This document shows positions 1-12,631 of a DNA stretch of 64,000 nt, in pieces. The translations under genes and the position numbers were made by a program. This DNA comes from Heteronotia binoei (taxonomy: Eukaryota): the NCBI RefSeq assembly GCF_032191835.1, contig NC_083237.1:42036001-42100000 (forward strand), written 5' to 3'. How positions within the stretch are numbered: position 1 is the stretch's first letter; every line of letters starts with the position of its first letter. A model generated the notes under the pieces. That model ran no database searches. It saw only the letters and a list, made by a program, of their open reading frames with translations, and was not told the DNA's origin.

Positions 1-729
1 GCCCAATAGATAACCCGAGGTCTCATGCTGTCATTATGGGTAAGGGTCTGTTTTGTGTCACGCCAAGAGGTGTGTTTCTTATGCATCTATCTTTGCAGCC
101 ATTAAATGCAAAAGAGTATAAATATTGTTGATGTTAAAGAATTTGGGGCTGATGTGTTGATGCCCCTCAGAGCACCTCAACCTCCAGTCCAAAGGAGATC
201 TCTTTTGTCTTAGCGGGTTGTTGTTTTTCTTTTCAGTATACACTGTGCTTTAGAGTTTCTTTGTTACTTTGGTTATAGAGAAATCAAATAGAACTTAGAG
301 CAACATCTTGCCCATCAGGGCTCAGCACATGTCAGCACACATCCACCCACATACTCAATTTATCCCACAACAAAGACTTAACATAAAATAATTTTCATGT
401 TTCTAGGTAATGCTTTGGCTCAATGGTAGAACAACTGAGTTGTATACAGATTCAATCGCTGGTATCTCTAATTAAAGAATCCCAGATTTTGGTAAAAAAA
501 CCTTTTCCCTAGAGTGCCACTGATATAATAAACAGTTTGAGATTTAGAGACCAATGTGGGGATCATATGTTCAACTTCATCAGATTGACTGTTAACTAGA
601 GCTTAGTTCAGACATCATGGAAAATTACTTCTTTAACCTTTGCTTAGTTGGTGAAATAAAGATTCATCTCCAACAACACCACAATACCCAACAACACTCG
701 TTATATCCATTACCAGAAATATAACAGCG

Positions 730-990
730 GGAGGAGGAGGAGAAGAAGAAGAATTGCACTTCACTTGGAGTCTCAGAGGAGCTTACAATCTCCTTCCCTT
801 CCTCTCCCTCACAACAGACACCCTGTGAGGTAGGTGGGGCTGAGACAGCTTTGAAAACTGCTCTTGAGAGAACAACTTTGAGAGAACTGTGACTGATCCA
901 AAGTCACTCAGCTGGCTGCATGTGGAGGAGTGGAGAAACAAACCTGGTCCTCCAGATTAGAGTCCATCACTCTTAGCCACTACACCAAAA
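730..990 (-). mobile_element. tRNA-derived CORE-type SINE (Squam3/MIR-like)
   Basis: Minus strand begins TTGGTGTAGTGGCTAAG (A-box-like), contains cagccccacctacctcacagggtgtctgttgt and ends in a (ttc)n tail; homologous to copies at 35393 and 13850. Confidence 0.8.
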
Positions 991-1486
991 GAAATTCTTT
1001 GTAGTTTAGGCAAGACCTTAAATCCCAGCATGATGAATTCTATTACTGTTGTTTTTTTCCTCTGCTGTCTTCTTGACGTGTTTCATATGATTCAGTGTTG
1101 TACCCCAGATGTATACATCTGTACAGTATACATTCATTATCCAGATCTAACATGAATTAAACTACACTGATAAAGAGGGATTAATGCAAGAAAACATCAG
1201 AAAGTGTAGTTGTGTCTGTTTAATAAGATATAGATGGGGTTATCTGTTCTAAGGAAGTTGTGGATAGCCAAGGGTCTGCCTTGCCAAGAGTATGACCTCT
1301 TTTCTGTGGTTGAGCTACGGGCAATTAAAGCTCCCTCCAGGATTTTCAGTCACTGCTTTCAATATAAATGCTTTATCATAAAACTACCAACCACACTTTC
1401 ACAATGTAAATTACAAACCACAAATTTCTCCTTCCCAAATGCTACTGTTAACTCAACTGGCCTCATGGTTTCCAGCCTGTTATTCA

Positions 1487-2470
1487 CTAGCAAGTCATTG
1501 TGCACTGTTGGAGACTATGAATTCTTCTGTAGGAAAACAGTTTGTTCAATGCCTTTCTAACAACCTCTTTAAATTCTCTGTTTCTCAGTGTATATATAAA
1601 TGGATTGATCATAGGGGTCAGGATTGTGTAGAAAACAGAGAAGACTTTGTTCAGATCTTTCATTGCCTTTGGCTTGGGTAATACATATACGATGATGAGG
1701 CTTCCATAGAAAATTGAGACCACAATAAGATGAGAGGAACAAGTAGAAAAGGCTTTGCCCCTGCCACTGTTGGAAGGCATTCTCAAAATGGTAGTGATGA
1801 TGCATACATATGAGGCCAGTGTGAATAGCATTGGTGGTACTGAACATGCAGAGCCCAAGACGGTCATCAGCATTTCTGTCTGCCAAGTGTCACTGCATGA
1901 GAGCATTAACAATGGTGCATAGTCACAAAAGAAATGGTCAATTTCATTGGGGCCACAGTAGTTCAGCTGGGAAGGAAAGACTGTAGTAAACACACTAGCC
2001 ACAATGCCGATCATCCATGAGGCAAAGGATAACTGAATACACCGTTTTTTGTTCATGAGGGTGACATAATGGAGTGGTTGGCATATAGCAACATATCGGT
2101 CATAAGACATTGCAGACAAGAGATAGCTCTCAGCTGCAGCCAAAAAAGAAAAACAATAGAACTGGATGAAACATGCACTAAAGGAAATTCCATGATAGTC
2201 ACTTATAAAGCTGGCCAAAATCCTGGGAAGGATTGTTGAAGAGTAGCAGATCTCTAAAAAAGATAAGTTCCACAGAAAGAAGTACATTGGCTTGTGTAGG
2301 TGAGGATTAGCCAGAACTACTGAAGTTATAAGGATGTTTCCAGCCATTGTTACCATATAGATCATGAAAAACACACCAAAAAGGAGATACTGCTGTTCCG
2401 GAAAAGTCTTGAATCCTATTAGGACAAATTCTGTGCCTCTTGTCTGGTTGTACCAGTCTATCTTCGCCAT
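1487..2470 (-). CDS. Olfactory receptor, class II (family 11/6-like), 327 aa, intact
   Basis: Motifs PMYFFL, MSYDRYVAIC, HFFCD, KAFSTCSSHL, PMINPFIYTLRN; N-terminal NQT glycosylation site; splice acceptor (ttttgcag) about 30 nt upstream of the ATG. Confidence 0.97.
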   Translation of the reverse strand: MAKIDWYNQTRGTEFVLIGFKTFPEQQYLLFGVFFMIYMVTMAGNILITSVVLANPHLHKPMYFFLWNLSFLEICYSSTILPRILASFISDYHGISFSACFIQFYCFSFLAAAESYLLSAMSYDRYVAICQPLHYVTLMNKKRCIQLSFASWMIGIVASVFTTVFPSQLNYCGPNEIDHFFCDYAPLLMLSCSDTWQTEMLMTVLGSACSVPPMLFTLASYVCIITTILRMPSNSGRGKAFSTCSSHLIVVSIFYGSLIIVYVLPKPKAMKDLNKVFSVFYTILTPMINPFIYTLRNREFKEVVRKALNKLFSYRRIHSLQQCTMTC

Positions 2471-3689
2471 GGGTTATTAGATCCAATGACTCTACAGGTT
2501 CTGCAAAACCAATTACACTGTTAGAATCCAGTGCATTATATTTTAGCTACTTTCAAAGATACTGAAATTTCATTAGCATCCCAAATAAATGTTCATACTG
2601 ACTGAATAAATTGTATGGGATATGCAATCTTTCTAGTGTAAATGTGAAAGACCAGGCCGGAGTCCATAGGTTGTTATAGTCCATTTCATGGCTGGAGTCC
2701 ATTGGTTGTTATAGATTTTCCAGGCCATGTGGCTGTGGTCTTGGTCCCAACAATCTACAGCAACCAGATTTATATACAGTTTGTAAAGAATTGCTGGTTT
2801 TGTTGCATTGTAATCTAAAATAATGTGATTTTCTTGGCCAGTCTACAGAAAGTAGGATGGAAAAACAGCTATAAGCAACAAGTCTCAAATGGCTTTTTTC
2901 TCTTGTTACCACTCAGTATTCAAAATGTTATACTTCTGAAATATGATGAGAAGTCAGCAGGCCAGTACCCAAGGCAGCATGGAGTCCCATTAAGATTGGT
3001 AAAAAAAATATAATAATGGCCTCTTGTTAGAAGGTTCTATCAAGATCTCAGCAAACTGAAGATAAATTCTCCAAAATATATTAATGTCAAATTTCTAGAT
3101 ATCCGTCTCTCTCACACACAACAACATACAGTTTTACTTCAGGTATGCTCCCATCTATTTTTCAGTCTCTTTCCTCAACATGTTAGGAACCTTGAATGTG
3201 GATCCCATCATAGGTCTCTCACTATTACAGCAAATGTATCTGTTGATAAAAAAGATGTTCCAGCTTGTATTATGGTATAACTGCTTGCATTCTACCTCAC
3301 CTGTTTGGAAGACCATTACATTGCAATTGTGCTCTGGTGGTTATTTATCTTTCCTCTGCAAAGATGCAGTGGTTTGGTAAGGTTTATCACAGGGAATTAT
3401 AGATTCACCTGAGACTAGCATTCATAACTCTTACAGAGACAATAGAATGATTTGGGGAAAAGCTCATAAAAAAACAAATGTTACAGAAATATTCCCCCAG
3501 GACATTTATTTTCTAAAGCTTTGGAAAATCTGCATGTATGTATATATGTTATGAATTAACATAACATTTCTAAATGGTTTGTTTTGCTTTTGCTCAGAAC
3601 ACTTAAAACATGTGTGTGTGTGTCTGTAATACATCATCAATCATTATCATCGACCACAAATATGACAACATAACAACAACAATTAAAAC

Positions 3690-3990
3690 ACAGGAAAGGA
3701 AGGTGGTATCACTGAGGGAACACCAGATGAAACCAAAAGTCTTTAACAGCCAGTGGAAGATCGTAACAGAAGTGGCTGGATGAGCTTCCTTGGCAGAATT
3801 CCAAGTTTTGGTGCCATGACTGAAAAGGCCATCTCCCAGTCTTTCACCTGTCTAACCTAAGAAATCAGGGGCACCTGAATCAGGGTCTCAGAAGATAATC
3901 ATGCCAGTTCACTAAGTTTATAAGGTAACAGGTGATCCTTTAAATATGCTTGTCTCAGGGCATATGAAGCTTTAAAGATCAACACCAAAA
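3690..3990 (-). mobile_element. Old L2-like LINE 3' fragment
   Basis: Resembles the L2 3' region as I recall it (gctttaaagatcaacaccaaaaccttga on plus); strongly decayed. Confidence 0.45.
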
Positions 3991-5023
3991 CCTTGACTGA
4001 AGCAAAGATAAAGAAGAGAATTGTTTAAATAATAACTCTGGAATATGCTGCTATAAGATTTCTTATGTTACACTTCACAGGCTGCCAATGGGGGCATCCA
4101 TATTACAGCTGAGAGTTCCCAGTGATGACTCCTATGTAAAAGCATAGCATGGTCCCAATTAAGAGTGGAACCAGGTTACATAGAAAGAAGGGGCTCCTGC
4201 CTTTCCCTCACATTGTGTTTGGAAGCTAATATGGCCCAGGGGCCAGAAGGAGTATATTTAACCCAAAAAGAGGCTGTATGAGCACATAATGCTTGCAGAA
4301 TTCTTTGCTTGCAGCCTGCAGCAACGCTGCTAGGCTGCTCTGGCAATGGTTGCTCCCCTGGGGAGGAAAGGGAGGTATTCCAGCCCGTTCGGGCACACTT
4401 TGAAGGGGGCGGGGCTTGGCCACACTAACGGCCAAGCCTCCGCGCTCTTTCTCAGTCCCGGACTTTGATTGGTCTGGGAGGAAGCGTTTCACCGTGCGGC
4501 TTTTGAGGCCTTGGTTTCAGCATTCTTCTTGGTGGCGTGTGTGGGAGCTGTGTGTTTCTTGGTGATCGTGGTGGCCTTTGCCAGCGACGGGGGGACCTGG
4601 AAGAGGAAACTGTGTGTTTTTGGGGGGTCTTCAGTGGCTGCTTGGGATGAGCCACAAAAAAGGCCAGTTTATCGTTTGTGTTAATTGTTTTCTTTGGCTG
4701 GGGTGGTTAGCCCTCTCCCTCATAGTGGTGGGAAAAGGGGTGGTTAGCCGTCTAAACCTCCTTGTTGGCAATAAAAAGGCTTAGATACCCTGCAGGGGTT
4801 AGGGGGAATGTTGCTCTGGCTGGGTCAGCCATACTTGCTTCTCCCAAGAATTGTGTGGTGTGGCAGCCATCTTAGGTTCCCTTCTTCTTCTAGGGAGGGC
4901 AGCCATTTTAGAGGGTTTGTGGGGTAGGCCATTTTTGTGGTTCTGCCCTATTTGGTTTTAACCGCTCTCGGGTAGGCATTGGTTGTGCTCCTGGGGGGCT
5001 GCTGGCTTGTGGGCGCTGCTAAG

Positions 5024-6406
5024 ATGTCAGGAAGAAAGGGGTCTGGTAAATCCAATGGGAAGCAGCCTGTGCCAAAGGCCCCTAAGGCTCTGGCTAAGAG
5101 GCCCCCACCCCCTTTGTCTTCTTCCGATGAGGAGGATGACAAGGCAGTTAATGCTAGCATAATGCAAAGGCTGCTGGCACTGGAGGAGGCGACTGGTATT
5201 CCTCCTTCTGAGGGGGTAGGAGTGGACAGGGCTTCAAAAAGGGCACTCCAACCTAATGCGTTAACCAGGTTGTCTATTCTTGAGGGCAGGTCTGGTGAAT
5301 TCATCACTGGTGGTGCCATGGGTTTCTGTGGTTTGGATGGGAGATCAGTGTCATCGGCAGGAGCTACTGGAACGTGGTCAACGCTGGTGCCTGTTGGATC
5401 TGTTGGTAAGGCTGGGGACATGTCACAGGTGTGTGCTGGGCTGGCTTGGCCTTGGGGGCCTTGGGGACATGCCTTGCCGGCTGGGCAGGGCATCCCTGCT
5501 GTGAATGCAAGGTTTTCTTCTCCCACAGGCTTGGGCTTGTTGTCAAATTGGGTTTGGCCGACTGGACAGGGTGGCCCTTGTGGCACTTGGCTGGGCATTG
5601 GGCAGCAGGGTATTGCAGGCTCTTTTATGGGGGGTTGGGGCACCCCTTCTCCTTATAGGATGGTTCCTTTTACCACCTTACATTTTAAGGATGTAGCTTT
5701 GCCTTTGGGGGACCATTTGCTGCCTGCAACAAGGGACAAAATCCTAATGGAGGAATACGTGGATATTTTCTCCCTCCTCTTTCAGGAGTTGGAAAAAAAG
5801 GACAAGGAGAACCTAGATGAGAAAGAAAAAGAAAAGCTGAAGAAGCGCAAAATGGAGCAGACTTGGGCTAATTGGCTGCCTGGGTTTTTTATCTACGCTG
5901 GGGTGATTGTGCGGGCTCAGCTTTGGAGGGCTGTTGCCCTTATCCAATACATGGATATAATTTACAAGGGGTACACATCTTTCAGCGGGCCTGCCTGGAT
6001 TCAATACGATGAGGAATTCAGGATGAGAGCTGCATTGTATCCTTCTCTCCAGTGGGATTGTATTCACCAGCAGCTGTGGCTGCAGGTCATGTCTCCTGCA
6101 TGGCCAAACTTAGGTGACTGCTCTGACAGCAGTCATTTGGTGGCTAGGTCAGCTGCAACTTCCTCAGGTTCAGCAGCCTCTTCCTGCAGTGCTGCGGGGC
6201 AGGCATTTCAACCCCGCCTGCTTTGTTGGGAGTATGGTTCTCAGGGAGTGTGTAGCAGAAAGACTTGTCAGTTCAAGCACGAATGCCCCATGTACGTAAG
6301 AATCAAAAGAAGCCAGGAGGAGAGGGAGGGAGTTATCAGGCTGGAAAAGGGGCCCAGTCCAATAAAGGTGGGTCCTCTTGAACAATGGCTGTCCAGGTAC
6401 CTGTGA
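5024..6406 (+). pseudogene. YR element A ORF1 (gag-like, C3H zinc finger)
   Basis: MSGRKG...KQP basic N-terminus, conserved LGDHL..ATRDKIL..YVDIFSLL / WANWLPGF / WIQYDEEFR block, CWEY-x4-C-x4-C-x3-H finger; C-terminus runs into the RT frame after a lesion. Confidence 0.85.
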
Positions 6407-7955
6407 AGGGCTGACAGTGTTTACCTGCTAAAAGGTTTTAAGTTCGGTTTTAGCATCCCTTTTCAGGGGCCACAGGTTCCATTTATGTCTGGGAATCTTA
6501 GTTCTGTTAAGGGTTTAGAGCAGGTAATCAAAGATAAGATTGCCAAGGAGTTGGCTGGGGGCAGGGTTTTGAGCCCATTTCCCCATTCCTCTGTGCATAA
6601 CCTTAGGGTTTCCCCCTTGGGCGTGGTGCCTAAAGAAGGCACCTGGGAAATTTCACTTGATTCACCATCTTTCCTTCCCTAAAGGGAAGTTCGTTAATGA
6701 TGGGATTCTGGAGCATTTATGCTCTGTTAGGTATACCAGCTTTGATCAGGCTGTAGCTGTGGTACGACGCTGCTGGGTGGGTGCAGAGTTGACAAAATGC
6801 GATATTAAATCTGCATTTTGCCTTTTACCAGTTCATCCTGCTGATTTTGAGCTCTTGGGATTTTCCTTTGAGGGTCAATTTTACATGGACAGAGCATTGC
6901 CAATGGGCTGCTCTGTATCATGTTCAGCTTTTGAGTGTTTCAGCACATTCTTGGAATGGGCTGTTCGCGAAAAAGTGGGTTTACAGGATGTCATTCATTA
7001 TTGGGATAACTACCTTTTTGTGGGTCCTGTGGGGACTGGGCGTTGTGTACAGCTGCTGTCTGGTTTTATGGAGCTGGCTGCAGAACTTGGGGTTCCTTTG
7101 GCTCAGGAAAAGACAGAGGGTTCGGCCCAAAAACTGATCTTTTGGGGGATTGAGCTGGATACCCTGGGGCAGCTGTCTAGGATACCTTTCAAAAAACTGG
7201 TATATTTAAAGAGCAGGATTCATTCCTTTCTTCTTAGATGGAAGGTCTCCTTGATTGAGTTGCAGCAGCTGGTTGGGCATCTTAACTTTGCTTGCAAAGT
7301 GGTTGCCCCTAGGCGAGCCTTTCTTCATAGACTCTGTGACGCTATAGCAGGCTTACGCTTGCCTCAGCATAGAACATGGGTTACCAACAGCATGAGGGAA
7401 GATTTGGGGGGTTGGCAAGAATTTTTGGAGTCCTTTAATGGGATCTCCTTTTGGAGAGAAGACATGAGGCTTGAGGCTGAACTCCAGGTCATATCTGATG
7501 CTGCTGGATCTTTGGGTTTTGGAGTCTATTTCTGCGGACATTGGTGCGCTGACAGTTGGCCAGACTCCTGGATGCAGGCGGGAGTGAACTGAGATCTTAC
7601 GTTTCTTGAGTTCTTTCCCATTCTGATTGCAGTTTGGCTGTGAGGGATGGATATGGCTAATCGCAAAGTTCATTTTTGGTGCGATAATATGGTGGTAGTC
7701 CATGTCATTAATTCCCTTTCATCCAAATCCCAGTGGGTTATGAGGTTGGTGAGGGCCTTCACTCTGCGTTGTCTGCGGCTTAACATATTGTTTTTAGCCA
7801 AGTATGTTCCTGGGATGAATAATGGGGTGGCTGATGCTCTCTCTCATAAACAGATGGAGAGGTTTTGTCAGCTGGCCCCAGATGCTGATCAAAAGCTGGC
7901 GTCAATGCCCCAGGAGCTAGGGTTGATTGGAGAGCCGAGGCCTGCAGAGCGATAG
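6350..7955 (+). pseudogene. YR element A RT/RNase H (frameshifted)
   Basis: SPLGVVPK, IHHLSFPKG, CDIKSAF, LPMGCSVS, decayed YxDD (HYWDNY); RNase H motifs SDAAGS, WCDN, VADALS. Confidence 0.9.
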
Positions 7956-8130
7956 GCCTAGCTATTGTGCCTAGCACCAGGAAGTCTTACGAATGTGCTG
8001 TGCGGTAGTTTGAGGACTTTAGGGCTGAGGTAGAGTATCGCATTGTTTGGCCCCTCCTGGTGAAGCAGTTGCTTCACTACTGTGCTTCTCTACGAGGTAA
8101 GGGACTGGCCATGTGATCCATTAAGAGGCG

Positions 8131-8915
8131 TGTAATGTACTGAGTTGTGAGATGGTTCGAAGGCAATATGCTTTATTCAGTGGTACATTACAAGAGAGGG
8201 AACATGCCCCCCAGTCTGACCAGTTCAATCCCGACCAGTCAAACCTCCCGCCACAGATGTAGCTCGCTAGACACCCTGCCCATCAAGATCTGTGGCGGGA
8301 GGTTTGACTGGTCGGGATTGAACTGGTCAGACTGGTTGTCCGGCCCCTGCTACTCTTCTGGTGTCCTTACTCTTGGGGGGTCACCCCCGCCCTGGTGCGG
8401 CTCTTCCACCCGATCGGTCGGAAGGGTCGGCAGAGGCGGGGTAGCTCTCAGCGTGGGTGCAGCTGCTGGTTCCTCCTCGTTCCGTACTGCAGCCGGCTCT
8501 TCCGGCAAGGTACGGTGGCACATCTGATCTATATGCCTCCGCAGGATTTGGCCCCCCTCCGTTGAGACGTCGTAGTGGCGGGACCCAGTCAAGTGCAGCA
8601 CCTGACCCACTACCCACTCTGGGCTGCTGGCATAGTTCCTTGCATATACCGGATCCCCCGGAAAGAACCCCCTAGCCGCTTCCCTGATTTTGGGACAGCT
8701 GCGGAGATTGGTGGCCTGGTCAGGATGCAACCGGTCCAACCTTGTGATCAGCTTCCTTCCCATTAATAACTCTGCTGGGCTCACCCCCGTGACTGGGTTG
8801 GGGGTGATTCAATTGTCAAATAGGAAGGCGGCCAGGCAATGGTCCCAGTCCCCCTGTACTATGCGTCCCAGGGCCTCTTTAGTGGTGCGTACCATCCGCT
8901 CTGCTTGGCCGTTGG
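8131..8915 (-). mobile_element. Ty3/Gypsy fragment: integrase C-terminal part plus LTR remnant
   Basis: Minus translation NGQAERMVRTTKEAL...SPAELLMGRKLITRL...PGDPVYARNY; 8131-8192 is bounded by a 10-bp inverted repeat TGTAATGTAC/GTACATTACA and has AATAAA on minus; it interrupts the YR ORF at 8130/8131. Confidence 0.85.
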
Positions 8916-9209
8916 TGGGACCCTGCAGCTATCGAGAGGGCACGCTATAAGGCTAATAAGGAAATTAGGTCTGTTGAGACCCCTAGCCCTGACCAGGCCG
9001 CACTTTTGGGTGCCCTTGCCATTTCTATTATTATGTTCAATAAAGTGGCCCTTAGTTATTCCAATGCTTTGTGTCTGACTCTTCATTCTGATTTGGGGGG
9101 GGGCAAACAGCCTCCTGGTGTAGGAAATAACACCTCCCCTCATGTGTCCCAGGCTCTTTTCACTTCTGAAAAGAATCAGAAGGAGCCTCTCCTCTGTCAC
9201 ATGACAGTT

Positions 9210-9415
9210 CTGTGTCCCCTCTAAGCTGAGTTAATGTGAGGTAGCTCACAGTTTTTTAGCCTCCAGCCTACAAATTTTTGTCTTAACTCAGGAAGAATGG
9301 CCTCAGAGCATACTAATTTATGCAGTAGCCATATTGCTCATTCACAACTTTAATGCCAGTAGCCTACAAAATAGATTTTTTGCTCACAAGACTCCACAGT
9401 TTACAGGAAGCATTG
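9210..9415. mobile_element. Old hAT-like MITE (CAATGTTCCCTCTAAGCTG-type ends)
   Basis: Imperfect terminal inverted repeats ctgtgtcccctctaagctg ... cagtttacaggaagcattg; no TSD found. Confidence 0.55.
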
Positions 9416-10885
9416 GTCCTGATCTGAATTCACCAATCTCCACCTATTAGACTATTATTTGGGAACTGATACCAGGGACTCACAGCTGCAAATGACCAAC
9501 TGTACTTGTTACCAACTTGTGTAAAGCATAGCATGTAATTGTGCTTTTGCTTAAATGGCTTTAAAAGAATATGCACTGATGTTCAGAACCAAGGGAGGTC
9601 CCTTTCCAATGCTCTGGATAGCCTGATTTGGAAAACCTCCCCCAACACCATTCTTCAGTATTTCAGGGTGTTCATCCTATTCCTCATCTTAAGGAAATAA
9701 CCCATCTACACTCCCAGATATAGTCTAACTAAACTTTCAACCAGATATTTAAACAACTATGCCCCCGAGACCCAAAGGTGTGAAGCAGGCATTAAAAAGA
9801 AAAGGTCCCGATCATAGCCAAACTGAGGAGGGCATTAAATATTCCTCCTTGGCCTGCAAGTAATTGGCTGACCCTAGACTGGTCTATCCAAAGGTGGATG
9901 AGAGGCAAGTGCTGAGAGGCAAAACACTCTTAAACATGCTCTCAGCTCAGTCTCATAATTGAATAGGAAATAAAGATACTAACCATACAACCTCCTTTCC
10001 TTTCTTCTTTTCTGAGGTAAAGAGAGGAGGACAAAAATGTTTCCCACCCAATTTCACAAAAAGAACTGAAATACCCTTCCTTCCTCTTGTAATTGTGTTG
10101 GACACTAAAAAACAAACACACACACACTTTGAACTTGCCCTGAACCTTCCTTGCCAATGAAACTTCCAGTTTCACACAGTGTCTCACCAAGTAACTGGTA
10201 AAGCTGACAAACAGAGCATCTCTTGATGTTTCCTCTAAGTGCTGGTAGCTAACTTCTTCCCTCCCCTCATCATGACAATATTATTACACTCTGTTATAAA
10301 CTTATAGCCTGTCTCAGAAATACTAAGAAGAGACATTCCCTTTATTCATGTACTTTCTTCACATGTGTCTAAACCCTTATGTGTAAGTCCATCTGACAAA
10401 GTGATTTTTTTTTAACATTACATTACATTTATGAATTGCCTAATCCCTACTGTTGTAGGGTTCTTGACAATGTACCTCTTTGTCTAGCACCTATTGATTC
10501 TAAATAATCAGGATCTCACTAAGGTATTTGGGCTGTGGCAAGCCAAATACAGGTGAAAGCTCATTGGGGATAAATCATAAAGCACTTCCATTAATTGAAG
10601 TGCATCAGCAACTTAAATTACTGTGCAGTTTAATTTAGAGAGTTCTCTGAATACTGTACAAAGGCACTTCTCAAAATGTGGTTTTCCAAATACTTCTCAA
10701 AGTCCCATATTTGATGACTCCCAGGGTGTATATGAAGCAATAGATTCAGGAGTTGGAAATCCAGAAGACTGTATGCAGGTTCTATAGAGTACCTCATAAA
10801 GTGAGGTCAAGCTAAATATATATATATATTTGCTCCCATCAGTATTTGAAGAGCATGATGCAAGCATGACGCAAACATTGGAGTG

Positions 10886-10986
10886 CAAGGCATTGAGGAC
10901 ATGATGAACATTGAGGACATGATGACCCCACAGGTATTGAGGACATGATGAACCCACAAGGCATTGAGGACATGATGAACCCAAGG
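10886..10986. repeat. Minisatellite, 4 copies of core ATTGAGGACATGATGA with variable spacers
   Basis: Seen directly in the sequence. Confidence 0.95.
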
Positions 10987-11071
10987 TAATCAACAATTTT
11001 ATATTTTTAAATGAGCACTAACTATGGTATGTAATCACAGAAGAGACTCAGTTTCATTAGGGACACAGTAT

Positions 11072-11602
11072 TAGGGATGAGCATGAACCTAAAAATCCAG
11101 TGCAGCTCAGGGTTTGGAGCAGCCCCTGAATTCAGCCAAAAGCTCCTGAACTGAACCAGCCTGTTTGGGTCCCCAAAAAGTGGGGGAAATCACCCAGGAA
11201 GGATTAAATGGCTGCCCAACAGTTTTGCTTCACCCACTTCAAAGTGGAAGAAAGTGAAACTCATGGGTTTAACAGCTTGCAGCCATTTAAACCTAACAAC
11301 TGAAAGGCAAATCCACCCCACCATTAGTATGAAACAGGTGGCAGAGATTTAACTGGTCTGTTTCACTTCCCACCCCCACCCTCCACTTCAAAGTGGGAGA
11401 AGCAAAACCAACTGGTGTAATGGCTCACAGGTCAGCTACAGACCGCACCACTCAGCTGTTAGGTTTAAATAACTCAAACAGATGAAGTGGACAAAATTCT
11501 GGTAAATGTTCAGGGAAGGTGCCTTCCCCAAACATTGGTTCAGGGGCCCCAAACCAGTTCGTGCTGAATTTTGACTTGTGAGCCAATTCTTGCCCAGCTT
11601 TA
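11072..11602. mobile_element. Old hAT-type MITE (TAGGGATG... end)
   Basis: Left TIR tagggatgagcatg, decayed right TIR; flanks cacagtat / cgtagtat (6 of 8 match, candidate TSD). Confidence 0.6.
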
Positions 11603-12084
11603 CGTAGTATACCATTCTTGAAGTGAAGAATACAGTGAAGAAACAAGTCACCAAATCATTTATCAGAACCACAACCTGTTTTTCATGAGCTTTATATAAT
11701 GTAGTGGTTTACCAATGACTAAATAGGAACCATAAGACTGTGTAGATAAAGAAAAGAATTGACACACAAAAAATGACCAAGTAGAATTGATGGAGAAATC
11801 TCCACTCTGCCATGATGTTATTTGGGTGACCTTGGGTTGGTCTCTTTCACTCAGCCTAACATACCTCATAGGGTTGTTGTAAAATAAATTAGGAATAGAT
11901 TAGGAATAAATTAACAGGCAGCTTTTATTACTTTTTATTGTTTTCCCATGAAAACGCTCTCCAGAACAAATGTTCTTTCAATTTGCTAATTACACTATTT
12001 TGCCATTGGATTCTAACTTTGTATCACTTTGCATGCTTAACCACTGCCCACCAGCTATAAGTAGCTGTGCTCATTGTACCTCAT

Positions 12085-12212
12085 TCCATTATCTGAAGAA
12101 GCATGCATGCATACGAAAGCTTACATTCTGAATAAAACTTTGTCGGTCTTAAAGGTGCTACTGGATTCCTACTTTGTTGCTTCAGACCAACATGGCTGCC
12201 CACCTGGATCTA
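12085..12212 (+). mobile_element. Penelope-like terminal (pLTR) fragment with decayed minimal hammerhead
   Basis: CTGAAGA-A-GCATG-CATG-CATAC-GAAAGCTT at 12093-12122, followed by aataaaactttgtcggtcttaaaggtgctactgg. Confidence 0.7.
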
Positions 12213-12631
12213 TGATATGTGTTATACAAAATCTTTGTGTTGTTCCCCAATAAAAACAAACATGTAGTGTGTAGCTGGAGCCTGAATATCTGTTTCCTTG
12301 CCTTCTTTCATCTGATGTACAAACAAAGGAACCAACACCTAGTACAGAATACATGCGTATCTTCATTATCCAAATATATCTGATGAATTTATTTTCCCCA
12401 GTATCAAGAGGTCAGTGAAAGGAAACATCCAACAATAGAGCTGGGTTTATTATGGGATATGGTGTGGGGTCATGTAAGTAATCTAAAAACAGAACCATCT
12501 TTTCTAAGGATGCCAAGACACTGTGTTTATTTCCTGTGGGTAGACAATGGACGTTTTAATTTATTTATATATATAGGTCCACTTCCATGCAAAAAAATGG
12601 TTTAATGAAATTGAGTTTCATGAATTCTATT

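Larger units (their letters stand above)
4380..9104 (+). mobile_element. Ngaro-like tyrosine-recombinase retrotransposon A (decayed, interrupted by Gypsy fragment plus deletion)
   Basis: gag-like ORF1, RT/RNase H, start of YR, tail of ORF4 (WDPAAIERARYKANK at 8916-8970), AATAAA at 9039-9044 and terminal G-run; homologous to elements B and C. 5' boundary approximate. Confidence 0.9.

Noticed and set aside
4948-5643. 231-aa proline-rich minus-strand ORF (similar ORFs antisense to elements B and C)
   Set aside because: Antisense shadows of G-rich gag sequence; not conserved between the three elements.
10886-10986. CRISPR-like array or C/D snoRNA (ATGATGA C-box repeats)
   Set aside because: Eukaryotic context, spacers far too short, no cas genes, and no paired D box or terminal stem.
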